Assembly (NCBI RefSeq): GCF_034931005.1
Contig: NZ_JAYGIN010000004.1
Location: forward strand, 343,960-367,959
Origin: Arcicella sp. LKC2W
Lineage (GTDB): Bacteria; Bacteroidota; Bacteroidia; Cytophagales; Spirosomataceae
Length of the DNA: 24,000 nt
Direction: 5' to 3'
Below the pieces are notes generated by a model. It had not been told where the DNA came from. It worked only from the letters and a program-made list of their open reading frames with translations, and searched no databases. Below, piece after piece: positions 8,119 to 15,029 of this stretch (within the stretch, counting starts at the first letter, position 1; every line of letters begins with the position of its first letter). The position numbers and the translations under genes were made by a program.

Positions 8119-9030
8119 TTATTTCTGCGAAGCTTTAAATAACTTTTGTTTTTCTTCTTTGGTCAAACTTTCATAACCTGAGCGAGAAATTTTATCTAAA
8201 ATCTCATCAACCTCATCATCGTCTGGATAACCTCCGCCAACGCCCGCAGGGGTACTACTATAAGTGGATTCTTTTTGACGATAAGCCACTTTAATCGTTG
8301 GTTTTTCAGTACGCTTAAAGATATTTTGGAAAAAATCAAAAGTGGCATCCAGTGGGGTTCCCCAATCTCTGCCCACTTGCAATTGTTTTACATACAAATA
8401 ACCTAATAACGCTCCTCCTAAATGGACAATTCCTCCGCCTGCATTTGTACCAATTGCTCCTGCCAATGAAATCAAGAAAAAGAAAAACGCAATGTATTTA
8501 ATCCGAACAGGACCAATCAAGAATAAAAAGAAGGTATAATCAGGCATTAAGGTTGCGGCTGCAAAAACAATCGCCATAACGCTTCCAGATGCTCCGATGA
8601 TGGTTGTACTAAGGGCTACTTGATAATACGGAATAAAATTGAAGGCAGCTAAGGCTAAGATTCCACCAAATAATGCTCCAAGAATGTATAAATTAATTAA
8701 TCTACGGCTTCCTAAAAACTCCTGAATAATTGCCCCAAACCAATATAGCATCAACATATTGGGCAAAAGGTGAGCAATTGGATTTACCGAGTGAAAGAAT
8801 GCGTAAGTAAGTATTGTCCAAGGGCGAAAAAGGAACGTTCCCATCGCTGGCGTGAGGCTGAAATATGAAAGTACATTTTCAAAAACATCGGATTTTTTGA
8901 AAAACACCGTTAATGTTATCAAGCACAATAACATGACCACATACACCGCCACATTCAGCCAAATTAACTGAATTAAACCGTTGTTACGCTTGGCGAAAGC
9001 GTCTTTGAAGTCATCTAAAATCCCACTCAT
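8119..9030 (-). CDS. Rhomboid-family intramembrane serine protease (303 aa, with a soluble C-terminal tail)
   Basis: Multi-TM protein with catalytic GASGSVMAI (GxSG) and HLGGALLGYLY (His) motifs. The hydrophilic C-terminal tail ends in DEILDKISRSGYESLTKEEKQKLFKA. Confidence 0.85.
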   Translation of the reverse strand: MSGILDDFKDAFAKRNNGLIQLIWLNVAVYVVMLLCLITLTVFFKKSDVFENVLSYFSLTPAMGTFLFRPWTILTYAFFHSVNPIAHLLPNMLMLYWFGAIIQEFLGSRRLINLYILGALFGGILALAAFNFIPYYQVALSTTIIGASGSVMAIVFAAATLMPDYTFFLFLIGPVRIKYIAFFFFLISLAGAIGTNAGGGIVHLGGALLGYLYVKQLQVGRDWGTPLDATFDFFQNIFKRTEKPTIKVAYRQKESTYSSTPAGVGGGYPDDDEVDEILDKISRSGYESLTKEEKQKLFKASQK

Positions 9031-9074
9031 ATTTTTAGTTGTGATTTGTGAATTACGATTGGTGGTTTTCTAAA

Positions 9075-9082
9075 CAAATTTA
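9075..9082 (-). promoter_or_regulatory. Candidate -7 promoter box TAAATTTG (minus strand) upstream of the 303-aa rhomboid gene
   Basis: The plus strand reads caaattta at 9075-9082, about 45 nt upstream of the ATG at 9030. No clear -33 TTG. Confidence 0.25.
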
Positions 9083-9155
9083 TAAAATAAATTATCACCA
9101 TTTATTTTGATAACATTTTGATTAATAAAAAGTTACCAAATTTGTAAATATAATT

Positions 9156-9947
9156 TTAATAAAAATTGTTTCGCTTTGTTCCCCAAATTTTAATGAGAAT
9201 AAAAGCAAAAATCATGCCTCCAATATGGGCAAAATGGGCAACGTTATCGCCAGGCATTTTATGTAAGCCAGCATAGATTTCGTAAAGCCCATAGAAAGTT
9301 ACAAAATATTTAGCTTTAATCGGAATTGGAATGGGGAAAAGCATTAATTCTGTATTGGGAAATAAAATGGCAAAACCTGCCATTACGCCAAAAACTGCTC
9401 CTGATGCCCCAATCATTGGGGTATTCAAAACACTTTTTAAACTTTCTTCAATAACAAATACGGATTCTTTCAATGAAACGTTGCCTGTATTTTCTAATAA
9501 TCCGTAAACATTGGATGGAATTCCCTCCGAATAAAACTTTTGTATGAGACTTTCAAACTGTTTAAAATCTGGATTTTGAATATATGCTTCTGAAGCTGCT
9601 TGTAAAGCACTAATGTCGTAATATTTTAACCCCATATATAGCAATCCTGCCCCAATACCTGTTCCGAGATAAAAAGCTAAAAAACGCTTCTCTCCCCAAA
9701 ACATTTCTAAGATTGGGCCTAAAAAAAATAGCCCCAACATATTTCCGAAAATATGCCCAATGCCCGAATGGACAAACATATACGTTACCAATTGAATTGG
9801 ATTGAATTGTTCCGAAGAAAAATAGTGCAAACCAAACAGCGAAACAATCATTCTATCATATTGTGGATTAATAGATTGAACGATGAATACAATAACATTT
9901 ATGGCAATTATCGCCCTAATAATAGGCGTGATAGTGGGTGTTCTCAT
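9156..9947 (-). CDS. Rhomboid-family intramembrane serine protease (263 aa)
   Basis: GASGAVFGVMAG (GxSG) and HIGGMIFAF (His) motifs and six predicted TM segments. A roughly 70-aa hydrophilic insert separates the TM blocks. Confidence 0.85.
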   Translation of the reverse strand: MRTPTITPIIRAIIAINVIVFIVQSINPQYDRMIVSLFGLHYFSSEQFNPIQLVTYMFVHSGIGHIFGNMLGLFFLGPILEMFWGEKRFLAFYLGTGIGAGLLYMGLKYYDISALQAASEAYIQNPDFKQFESLIQKFYSEGIPSNVYGLLENTGNVSLKESVFVIEESLKSVLNTPMIGASGAVFGVMAGFAILFPNTELMLFPIPIPIKAKYFVTFYGLYEIYAGLHKMPGDNVAHFAHIGGMIFAFILIKIWGTKRNNFY

Positions 9948-9953
9948 TTTTTA

Positions 9954-10015
9954 GGGGTTGGGGGTTGGGGTTTAGGATTTAGGGAGGTGCATTGTAACTA
10001 ACCCCTAAACCCCAA
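9954..10015. other. G-run-rich hairpin / potential G-quadruplex motif between cysS and the rhomboid gene
   Basis: GGGG-TT-GGGGG-TT-GGGG-N11-GGG at 9954-9984. ttggggtttagg (9965-9976) pairs perfectly with cctaaaccccaa (10004-10015). Confidence 0.6.
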
Positions 10016-10032
10016 AACCTAACACCTTTTAT

Positions 10033-11523
10033 CTATTCCTCATACGCCCAATCAATACGAGTTTTCATGTCTTTGATTACTAAACCATTGGCTTTGAAAT
10101 ATCCTCTGATTTCATCCACTTTATCGTATTGTTTGGCTTCTTTATGTTCTTTATATAACGATAACATTCCTTTGGCAAAAGCCTCAACGGAAGTATTTTG
10201 TTCCTCAACAATTCCTAAAACACCTTCAATGATTAAGACAAATTTTTCCTTCAAAAGGTTGAAAGTAGCTTCACCAATTTGAGCAGTTTGTACTTGACCC
10301 ATGTATAATTGGTTGATTTTTTTCACGAGATTAAACAAACCTGCAATGGTTATTGCGGTGTTCAAATCATCATTTAAGCCATCATAACATCCTTGAATAC
10401 CTTTTTCAATTTCGGCAATTTGTTTTTCATCAATAACGATAGAATCATCGGCAACGTATTCTAAGTTTTTTATAATTCTTAATCCGTTAATCAAACGTTT
10501 GTAACCTTTCTGTGCCGCTTTCAAAGCATCATTTGAGAAATCAAGCGTACTTCTGTATTGCGACTGCAACATGAAGAAACGAACCGTCATTGGGCTATAT
10601 GCCTGCTCTAACAACGGATGAGTACCCGCAAAAAGTTCGGCTGGAAGGAATGAATTTCCGAGCGATTTCGACATTTTTTGTCCGTTTACCGTCAGCATAT
10701 TTGAGTGCATCCAATAACGTACAGGTTCACGGTCGTTTGCCCCTTTGGCTTGAGCAATTTCACATTCGTGGTGTGGGAATTTCAAGTCCATTCCTCCTCC
10801 GTGAATATCAAAACTGTCGCCTAAGTATTTGGTACTCATGCAAGTACATTCTAAGTGCCAACCTGGGAAGCCTTCGCCCCAAGGTGAATTCCAACGCATA
10901 ATGTGTTCGGGAGCGGCTTTTTTCCAAAGAGCAAAGTCAAGTGGACTACGTTTTTCGCCAACACCGTCTAAATCACGGGTTTCGGTTAATAAATCGTCCA
11001 AAATTCTTCCCGAAAGTTTACCATATTCACCACCTTGTTCGTTGTATTTTGCAATGTCAAAATAAACAGAACCGTTGGATTCATAAGCTAAACCTTTATT
11101 AATGAGCGTTTGAGTTGTTTCGATTTGCTCAACAATATGTCCAGTTGCTGAAGGCTCAATGCTTGGAGGAAGAAAATTAAATTGTTCTAAAACCTTATGA
11201 AAATCGTTGGTGTAACGTTGTACAATTTCCATCGGTTCGAGTTGCTCTAACTTCGCCATTTTCCCGATTTTGTCTTCGCCTTCGTCTCCATCGCCCACCA
11301 AGTGACCTACATCGGTAATATTACGAACATAACGCACTTTGTAACCAAGATGAGACAAATAACGATACAACACATCGAAAGTCATGAAAGTACGGACGTT
11401 TCCTAAATGGACATAGTTATAAACAGTTGGTCCACAAACGTAAATACCCACGTGCGGGGCGTTTAGAGGAGTAAACAATTCTTTTTCTCGGCTGAGGGTA
11501 TTGTATATTTTTAACGGTTGCAT
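10033..11523 (-). CDS. cysS: Cysteine--tRNA ligase
   Basis: Class I aaRS signatures CGPTVYNYVHLGN (HIGH-type) and KMSKSLGN (KMSKS). WHLECTCM zinc/cysteine-binding region. 496 aa. Confidence 0.95.
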   Translation of the reverse strand: MQPLKIYNTLSREKELFTPLNAPHVGIYVCGPTVYNYVHLGNVRTFMTFDVLYRYLSHLGYKVRYVRNITDVGHLVGDGDEGEDKIGKMAKLEQLEPMEIVQRYTNDFHKVLEQFNFLPPSIEPSATGHIVEQIETTQTLINKGLAYESNGSVYFDIAKYNEQGGEYGKLSGRILDDLLTETRDLDGVGEKRSPLDFALWKKAAPEHIMRWNSPWGEGFPGWHLECTCMSTKYLGDSFDIHGGGMDLKFPHHECEIAQAKGANDREPVRYWMHSNMLTVNGQKMSKSLGNSFLPAELFAGTHPLLEQAYSPMTVRFFMLQSQYRSTLDFSNDALKAAQKGYKRLINGLRIIKNLEYVADDSIVIDEKQIAEIEKGIQGCYDGLNDDLNTAITIAGLFNLVKKINQLYMGQVQTAQIGEATFNLLKEKFVLIIEGVLGIVEEQNTSVEAFAKGMLSLYKEHKEAKQYDKVDEIRGYFKANGLVIKDMKTRIDWAYEE

Positions 11524-11642
11524 TCGGCTGTTGTTAATTTTTAATATTCTACAAAACTAATAAAAGTATAACGGAATGAGATATTTTTCGTTCCAAAATG
11601 CGAGTTTATGAAAAAAGGTTTGATGACGAGTTCGTCAAATGT

Positions 11643-11670
11643 ACTTAGTTACTCCACAAGGTAACTAAGT
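11643..11670. promoter_or_regulatory. Perfect 10-bp inverted repeat with 8-bp spacer (operator-like) in the divergent cysS/acyltransferase promoter region
   Basis: acttagttac (11643-11652), tccacaag, gtaactaagt (11661-11670). It lies 64 nt upstream of the ATG at 11734 and 120 nt upstream of the cysS ATG. Confidence 0.4.
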
Positions 11671-11733
11671 TACTCTTTCCTCAATTCTCTCAAAATCCCC
11701 TATCTTTACTAAAAAATTAAACAAGCAACCACA

Positions 11734-12909
11734 ATGACCATTTTAGAAGTCGCTGACGATAAAAAATTACAACAAGAATTTCTTTTATTACCTGTAAAAC
11801 TGTACGCTGAGGATGCTAATTGGATTCGTCCGCTCGACCAAGATGTTGAGAATACGTTTAATCCAAACAAAAATAAATACTTTAAACACGGTGAGGCTAT
11901 CCGTTGGATTTTGCAAAATGAATCTGGCGAAACTATCGGTCGTGTAGCAGCTTTTATCAATCATGAAACTGCTCAAAAAGAAGAACAACCAACAGGAGGA
12001 ATGGGCTTTTTTGAGTGTATCTCAGACGAAAAAATAGCTTTTTTATTATTTGATACTTGTAAAAATTGGTTGGCATCAAAAGGCATGGAGGCAATGGACG
12101 GTCCAATCAATTTTGGCGAACGTGATGCTTTTTGGGGCTTAATGACTAAAGGTTGGCAATACGAACCAACTTACAAAATGGCTTGGACAAAAGAATATTA
12201 CATTCCATTTTTTGAGAATTATGGCTTCAAAGATTATTTCCAACAATTTGTGTATGTTTCGCCAATCAGGGCGGCATCGGTGGCGGATACTGTGGAAGAC
12301 AAAGCTCGTAAGGTTTATGCAAATCCTGATTATGATTTCAGGCATATTGAAAAACGTAAATTAGAAAAATACGGGGAAGATTTTAGAACGGTTTTTAATG
12401 AAGGTTGGGCAAAATTTCCTGGAGTAAAAGCTATGAGTTCGGAACAGGCTCAGAGTTTGGTAAAAACAATGAAACCTATCATTGACGAACAATTGACTTG
12501 GTTTGCTTACGCAGGCGAGCGTCCGATTGCTTTCTTTATCGTTATCCCAGATATTAATCAGATTGTCAAGCACTTGAATGGTAAATTTGGTTGGTACGAA
12601 AAAGCAAAATTCGCTCTTTTGCTCATGCGTGGCGTGGTTACTCGTACTTGTGGGATGATTTTTGGCGTTGTACCCGATTTTCAAGGAAAGGGAATTGAGT
12701 CGGCAATTGCTTTGCGTTTCCGTCAGGCTGGGCGAGATAATCCACATTATCAATACGAAACTATCGACATGAACTGGGTGGGCGATTTTAACCCTAAAAT
12801 GAACCGTTTTGTGTCGCAATTGGGTACAAGTCGTGACAAAGAATATATCACTTATCGTTTTCTTTTTGATAGAACAAAGGAATTTAAACGTTGTCCAAGA
12901 GTGGGATAA
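11734..12909 (+). CDS. GNAT-superfamily acyltransferase-like protein, uncharacterised family (391 aa)
   Basis: Clean 391-aa ORF. GVVPDFQGKGIESAIALRF resembles the acyl-CoA-binding Q/RxxGxG/A segment of GNAT folds. The functional call is tentative. Confidence 0.55.
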   Translation: MTILEVADDKKLQQEFLLLPVKLYAEDANWIRPLDQDVENTFNPNKNKYFKHGEAIRWILQNESGETIGRVAAFINHETAQKEEQPTGGMGFFECISDEKIAFLLFDTCKNWLASKGMEAMDGPINFGERDAFWGLMTKGWQYEPTYKMAWTKEYYIPFFENYGFKDYFQQFVYVSPIRAASVADTVEDKARKVYANPDYDFRHIEKRKLEKYGEDFRTVFNEGWAKFPGVKAMSSEQAQSLVKTMKPIIDEQLTWFAYAGERPIAFFIVIPDINQIVKHLNGKFGWYEKAKFALLLMRGVVTRTCGMIFGVVPDFQGKGIESAIALRFRQAGRDNPHYQYETIDMNWVGDFNPKMNRFVSQLGTSRDKEYITYRFLFDRTKEFKRCPRVG

Positions 12910-12968
12910 TCTTTCTTAAAAATTCTTAACGGAGTAAAATCTATACAAATTCGCAGTAAATTTGAATT

Positions 12969-13379
12969 ATGAGATTTAGAATTATTTTACTTGTATTTGC
13001 CCTTTGTGCTTGCAGTTCTGACGATAAGCCAAAAGATTTGATTGCTGAGGATAAAATGGCGGTCATTTTATCAGATATTCACATACTGGAGTCGCAGGTG
13101 AATGATATGCACATTAGCAATACTGATTCTGCCCTTTTTATTTATCAAAAATTAAAGGGAAAAACGTTGAAAAAATACAACATTGATACGGCAAACTTTA
13201 ATATGAGTTTGCGGTATTATATTGCCAATCCTGCATCGTTGAAGAATGTTTATGTTGATGTAAAAAAACTTTTGGAAGAAAAAAAGAAGAAAATCCCAAC
13301 GATTAAAGCAGGACAATACAGTAGAAAACAACCTGCTGATTCTACAAAAAGAGATTCGGCAAGACATAAATTGCCGTAA
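12969..13379 (+). CDS. Small lipoprotein, DUF4296-like (136 aa)
   Basis: Signal peptide with Cys (LCACSSDD). DLIAEDKMAVILSDIHILES and a Lys-rich C-terminus recall the Bacteroidota DUF4296 family. Family assignment is from memory only. Confidence 0.55.
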   Translation: MRFRIILLVFALCACSSDDKPKDLIAEDKMAVILSDIHILESQVNDMHISNTDSALFIYQKLKGKTLKKYNIDTANFNMSLRYYIANPASLKNVYVDVKKLLEEKKKKIPTIKAGQYSRKQPADSTKRDSARHKLP

Positions 13380-13432
13380 CACAGACTTTAGTCTGTATGT
13401 CGATGATTAACATACAGACTAAAATCTGTGTT
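13378..13432. terminator. Bidirectional hairpin between convergent genes; both stop codons lie inside the stem
   Basis: aacacagactttagtctgtatg (13378-13399) pairs with catacagactaaaatctgtgtt (13411-13432), 21/22 complementary. Each arm is itself a small palindrome (acagac-N4-gtctgt). Confidence 0.65.
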
Positions 13433-14435
13433 ACGCTCTTACTTGTTCAATAATTTTGATTTGCTCCAAAACCTCCTCAGGTTTGATAAATAACGCTTTG
13501 CCATCAACAATTACATCATGTAGATTTTGGAATAATAAAGCCCAATTTCCAGTCAAAGTATCAACTGTTCCTCTAACGCCTAAGCCATTCATATCAGTGT
13601 TCAAAACTCCCATTTGAGAACTCGGCTCAATACCAAAACCTATATCATTTGGCTGTAAACCTGCTTTTAGGTGGTCTTCTTGTACATCAATTCCATATTT
13701 TACGAATGACCCCTTTGTTCCATGAATAATATATCTTGGAGAATCTTCACGAACTAATAAACTCGACCTGAGCGTAACTTTCAATTTGCCATAATCCAAA
13801 CGAATATCAAACGCATCTTCAATTTCAGAACCTTCTCTTTGCGTAAAAGACTGTCCCCAAACGCTTTGTGGAGAACCGAAAAGAACAATGGCTTGGTCGA
13901 TGATATGAGCTCCCAAATCGTATAAAATTCCATTGGCAGGGCTAACCGTTTCTTTCCATTTTTTAGGATTCAAAACAGGTTTAAATCGGTTAAAATGAAT
14001 TTCAAAATTCAAAATTTCACCCAATAAACCATCTTCAATGATTTTCTTTACGGTCATAAAATCACTGTCAAAACGGCGATTTTGGAAGATTGTCAATAGT
14101 TTTCCTGTTTCTTTTCCCAACGCAATGAGTTCTTCCGCTTCTTCGATAGTTGCGGTAAAAGGTTTTTCTACCAAGACATTTTTGCCTGCCAATAACGTTT
14201 TTTTAGCATACTCAAAATGCGTTGAATTGGGTGAACAAATACTTACCAAGTCGATAGAATCATCTGTCAAAACTTCCTCTAAACTTTTGGCAACATTGAC
14301 ATTGGGGAAATATTCCTTCGGATTTTGACTATTAGAAACAATCGTTTTAAGATTGAAATTTGGATTGGTTTCAAAAAAGGGAGCTTGTAAATATCTACCC
14401 GATAAACCAAAACCAATAAGAGCGACGTTGAGCAT
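13431..14435 (-). CDS. Gfo/Idh/MocA-family NAD(P)-dependent oxidoreductase
   Basis: N-terminal Rossmann motif VALIGFGLSGRY, conserved VLVEKPF motif and a C-terminal alpha/beta dimerisation domain. 334 aa. Confidence 0.85.
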   Translation of the reverse strand: MLNVALIGFGLSGRYLQAPFFETNPNFNLKTIVSNSQNPKEYFPNVNVAKSLEEVLTDDSIDLVSICSPNSTHFEYAKKTLLAGKNVLVEKPFTATIEEAEELIALGKETGKLLTIFQNRRFDSDFMTVKKIIEDGLLGEILNFEIHFNRFKPVLNPKKWKETVSPANGILYDLGAHIIDQAIVLFGSPQSVWGQSFTQREGSEIEDAFDIRLDYGKLKVTLRSSLLVREDSPRYIIHGTKGSFVKYGIDVQEDHLKAGLQPNDIGFGIEPSSQMGVLNTDMNGLGVRGTVDTLTGNWALLFQNLHDVIVDGKALFIKPEEVLEQIKIIEQVRA

Positions 14436-14445
14436 GATTATTTTA

Positions 14446-14482
14446 TTTTGTAACCCGATGCCTCTGCATCGGAATATTATTC
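14446..14482. repeat. Hairpin repeat family B, copy 1
   Basis: ttttgtaacccgatgc-ctct-gcatcggaatattattc is 32/37 identical to 14967-15003. The stem is ccgatgc/gcatcgg. It lies 11 nt upstream of the oxidoreductase ATG. Confidence 0.8.
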
Positions 14483-14514
14483 ACTGTAAAATCGGCTGGA
14501 AGCCTGTTAATAGT

Positions 14515-14538
14515 GGTAACTCGCAAGATGCGAGCTAC
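14515..14538. repeat. Hairpin repeat family C, copy 1
   Basis: ggtaactcgcaagatgcgagctac is 23/24 identical to the core 14627-14650. The stem is ctcgca-aga-tgcgag. Confidence 0.8.
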
Positions 14539-14611
14539 TGGGTGAGATTGGCTGACGAATATTCCTTTGTATGGGATTGCTGAGATGCTTTAGTACGGTT
14601 ATTATTGACTA

Positions 14612-14666
14612 TAAATCTCTAACATCGGTAACTCGTAAGATGCGAGCTACCGATGTTAGGGATTTG
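14612..14666 (-). terminator. About 25-bp stem hairpin containing family C copy 2, immediately downstream of the tautomerase gene
   Basis: taaatctctaacatcggtaactcgta-aga-tgcgagctaccgatgttagggatttg has one A/C mismatch and three G-T wobbles on the plus strand. It begins 4 nt after the stop at 14670. Confidence 0.6.
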
Positions 14667-14669
14667 TAG

Positions 14670-14876
14670 TTACTTTTGTTTGTTCAATTCTTCTTTTATT
14701 TTTTGTACACTAACACCCCCAACAGCGATATCTTCGTCAGGTTTTTCATTTATTGTTATAAAAAACAAATGTTTTGGTATTCCTGTAATTTCTACTGAAA
14801 TATCTGTCAGTTGTGTTATAAGTTTCTCTTTTACTTCTTTTGTTAATTTCCCTGCTGTAAATTCAATTATTGGCAT
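14670..14876 (-). CDS. 4-oxalocrotonate tautomerase-family protein (68 aa)
   Basis: Starts MPIIEF (catalytic Pro1 after Met removal). Beta-alpha-beta pattern with GIP and a terminal GG, typical of the tautomerase superfamily. Confidence 0.8.
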   Translation of the reverse strand: MPIIEFTAGKLTKEVKEKLITQLTDISVEITGIPKHLFFITINEKPDEDIAVGGVSVQKIKEELNKQK

Positions 14877-14966
14877 ATTTCAGAAAGTTGTTTTGCGTAA
14901 GCATACACAGCAAACGGCTTTATAATAATCATGCTCAGTGTGTTGCTTTCGTTAATGTTGTTTGTT

Positions 14967-15029
14967 TTTTGTAGCCCGATGCTTCCGCATCGGAATATAA
15001 TTGCGTTCGATGCGAAAGCATCGGGTTAC
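14967..15029. repeat. Family B copy 2 plus an inverted partner (double hairpin), overlapping the ilvA stop codon
   Basis: gtagcccgatgc-ttcc-gcatcgg (14971-14993) and cgatgc-gaaa-gcatcgggttac (15008-15029). The outer arms gtagcccgatgc and gcatcgggttac are also mutually complementary, so two short hairpins or one long hairpin are both possible. Confidence 0.8.

Noticed and set aside
11608-11664. 18-codon mini-ORF (MKKGLMTSSSNVLSYSTR) upstream of the acyltransferase-like gene that ends inside the 10-8-10 palindrome; possible leader peptide or attenuator
   Set aside because: There is no enrichment for a regulatory amino acid, no terminator/antiterminator alternative that I can draw, and no conservation evidence available. 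It is too short to support.
12361-12819. 152-aa antisense ORF inside the 391-aa acyltransferase-like gene. Similar antisense or overlapping ORFs occur at 2021-2215, 4098-4292, 6292-6480, 6928-7182, 7488-7736, 9753-10001, 10067-10282, 10590-10901, 10829-11065, 11709-11960, 11788-11988, 12139-12345, 13152-13382, 14038-14328, 15312-15524, 15842-16069, 19561-19746, 19787-20014, 20734-20925 and 23677-23877.
   Set aside because: All lie inside, or mostly inside, longer ORFs with recognisable conserved protein motifs on the other strand or frame. Their translations are low-complexity or Cys/Phe/Ser-rich with no recognisable motifs. They are typical shadow ORFs of an AT-rich genome.
12957-12964. Exact TAAATTTG -7 box just upstream of the DUF4296-like gene
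   Set aside because: It ends only 4 nt before the ATG at 12969. The predicted transcription start would therefore fall at or inside the start codon. It is not reported as a promoter unless the mRNA is leaderless.
14353-14583. 76-aa plus-strand ORF spanning the oxidoreductase start and the repeat-filled intergenic region; also the 90-aa ORF at 14653-14925 antisense to the tautomerase gene
   Set aside because: The first reads through hairpin repeats B1 and C1 and overlaps the oxidoreductase N-terminus antisense. The second is antisense to a gene with a clear Pro1 tautomerase signature. Neither has a recognisable protein character.
14436-14669. Riboswitch or known cis-regulatory RNA in the structured 234-bp leader of the oxidoreductase gene
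   Set aside because: I cannot match the hairpins to any riboswitch consensus I know, such as TPP, SAM, FMN, cobalamin or glycine. The structured parts are duplicated repeat modules also found downstream of ilvA. The region is treated as repeats pending a covariance-model scan.
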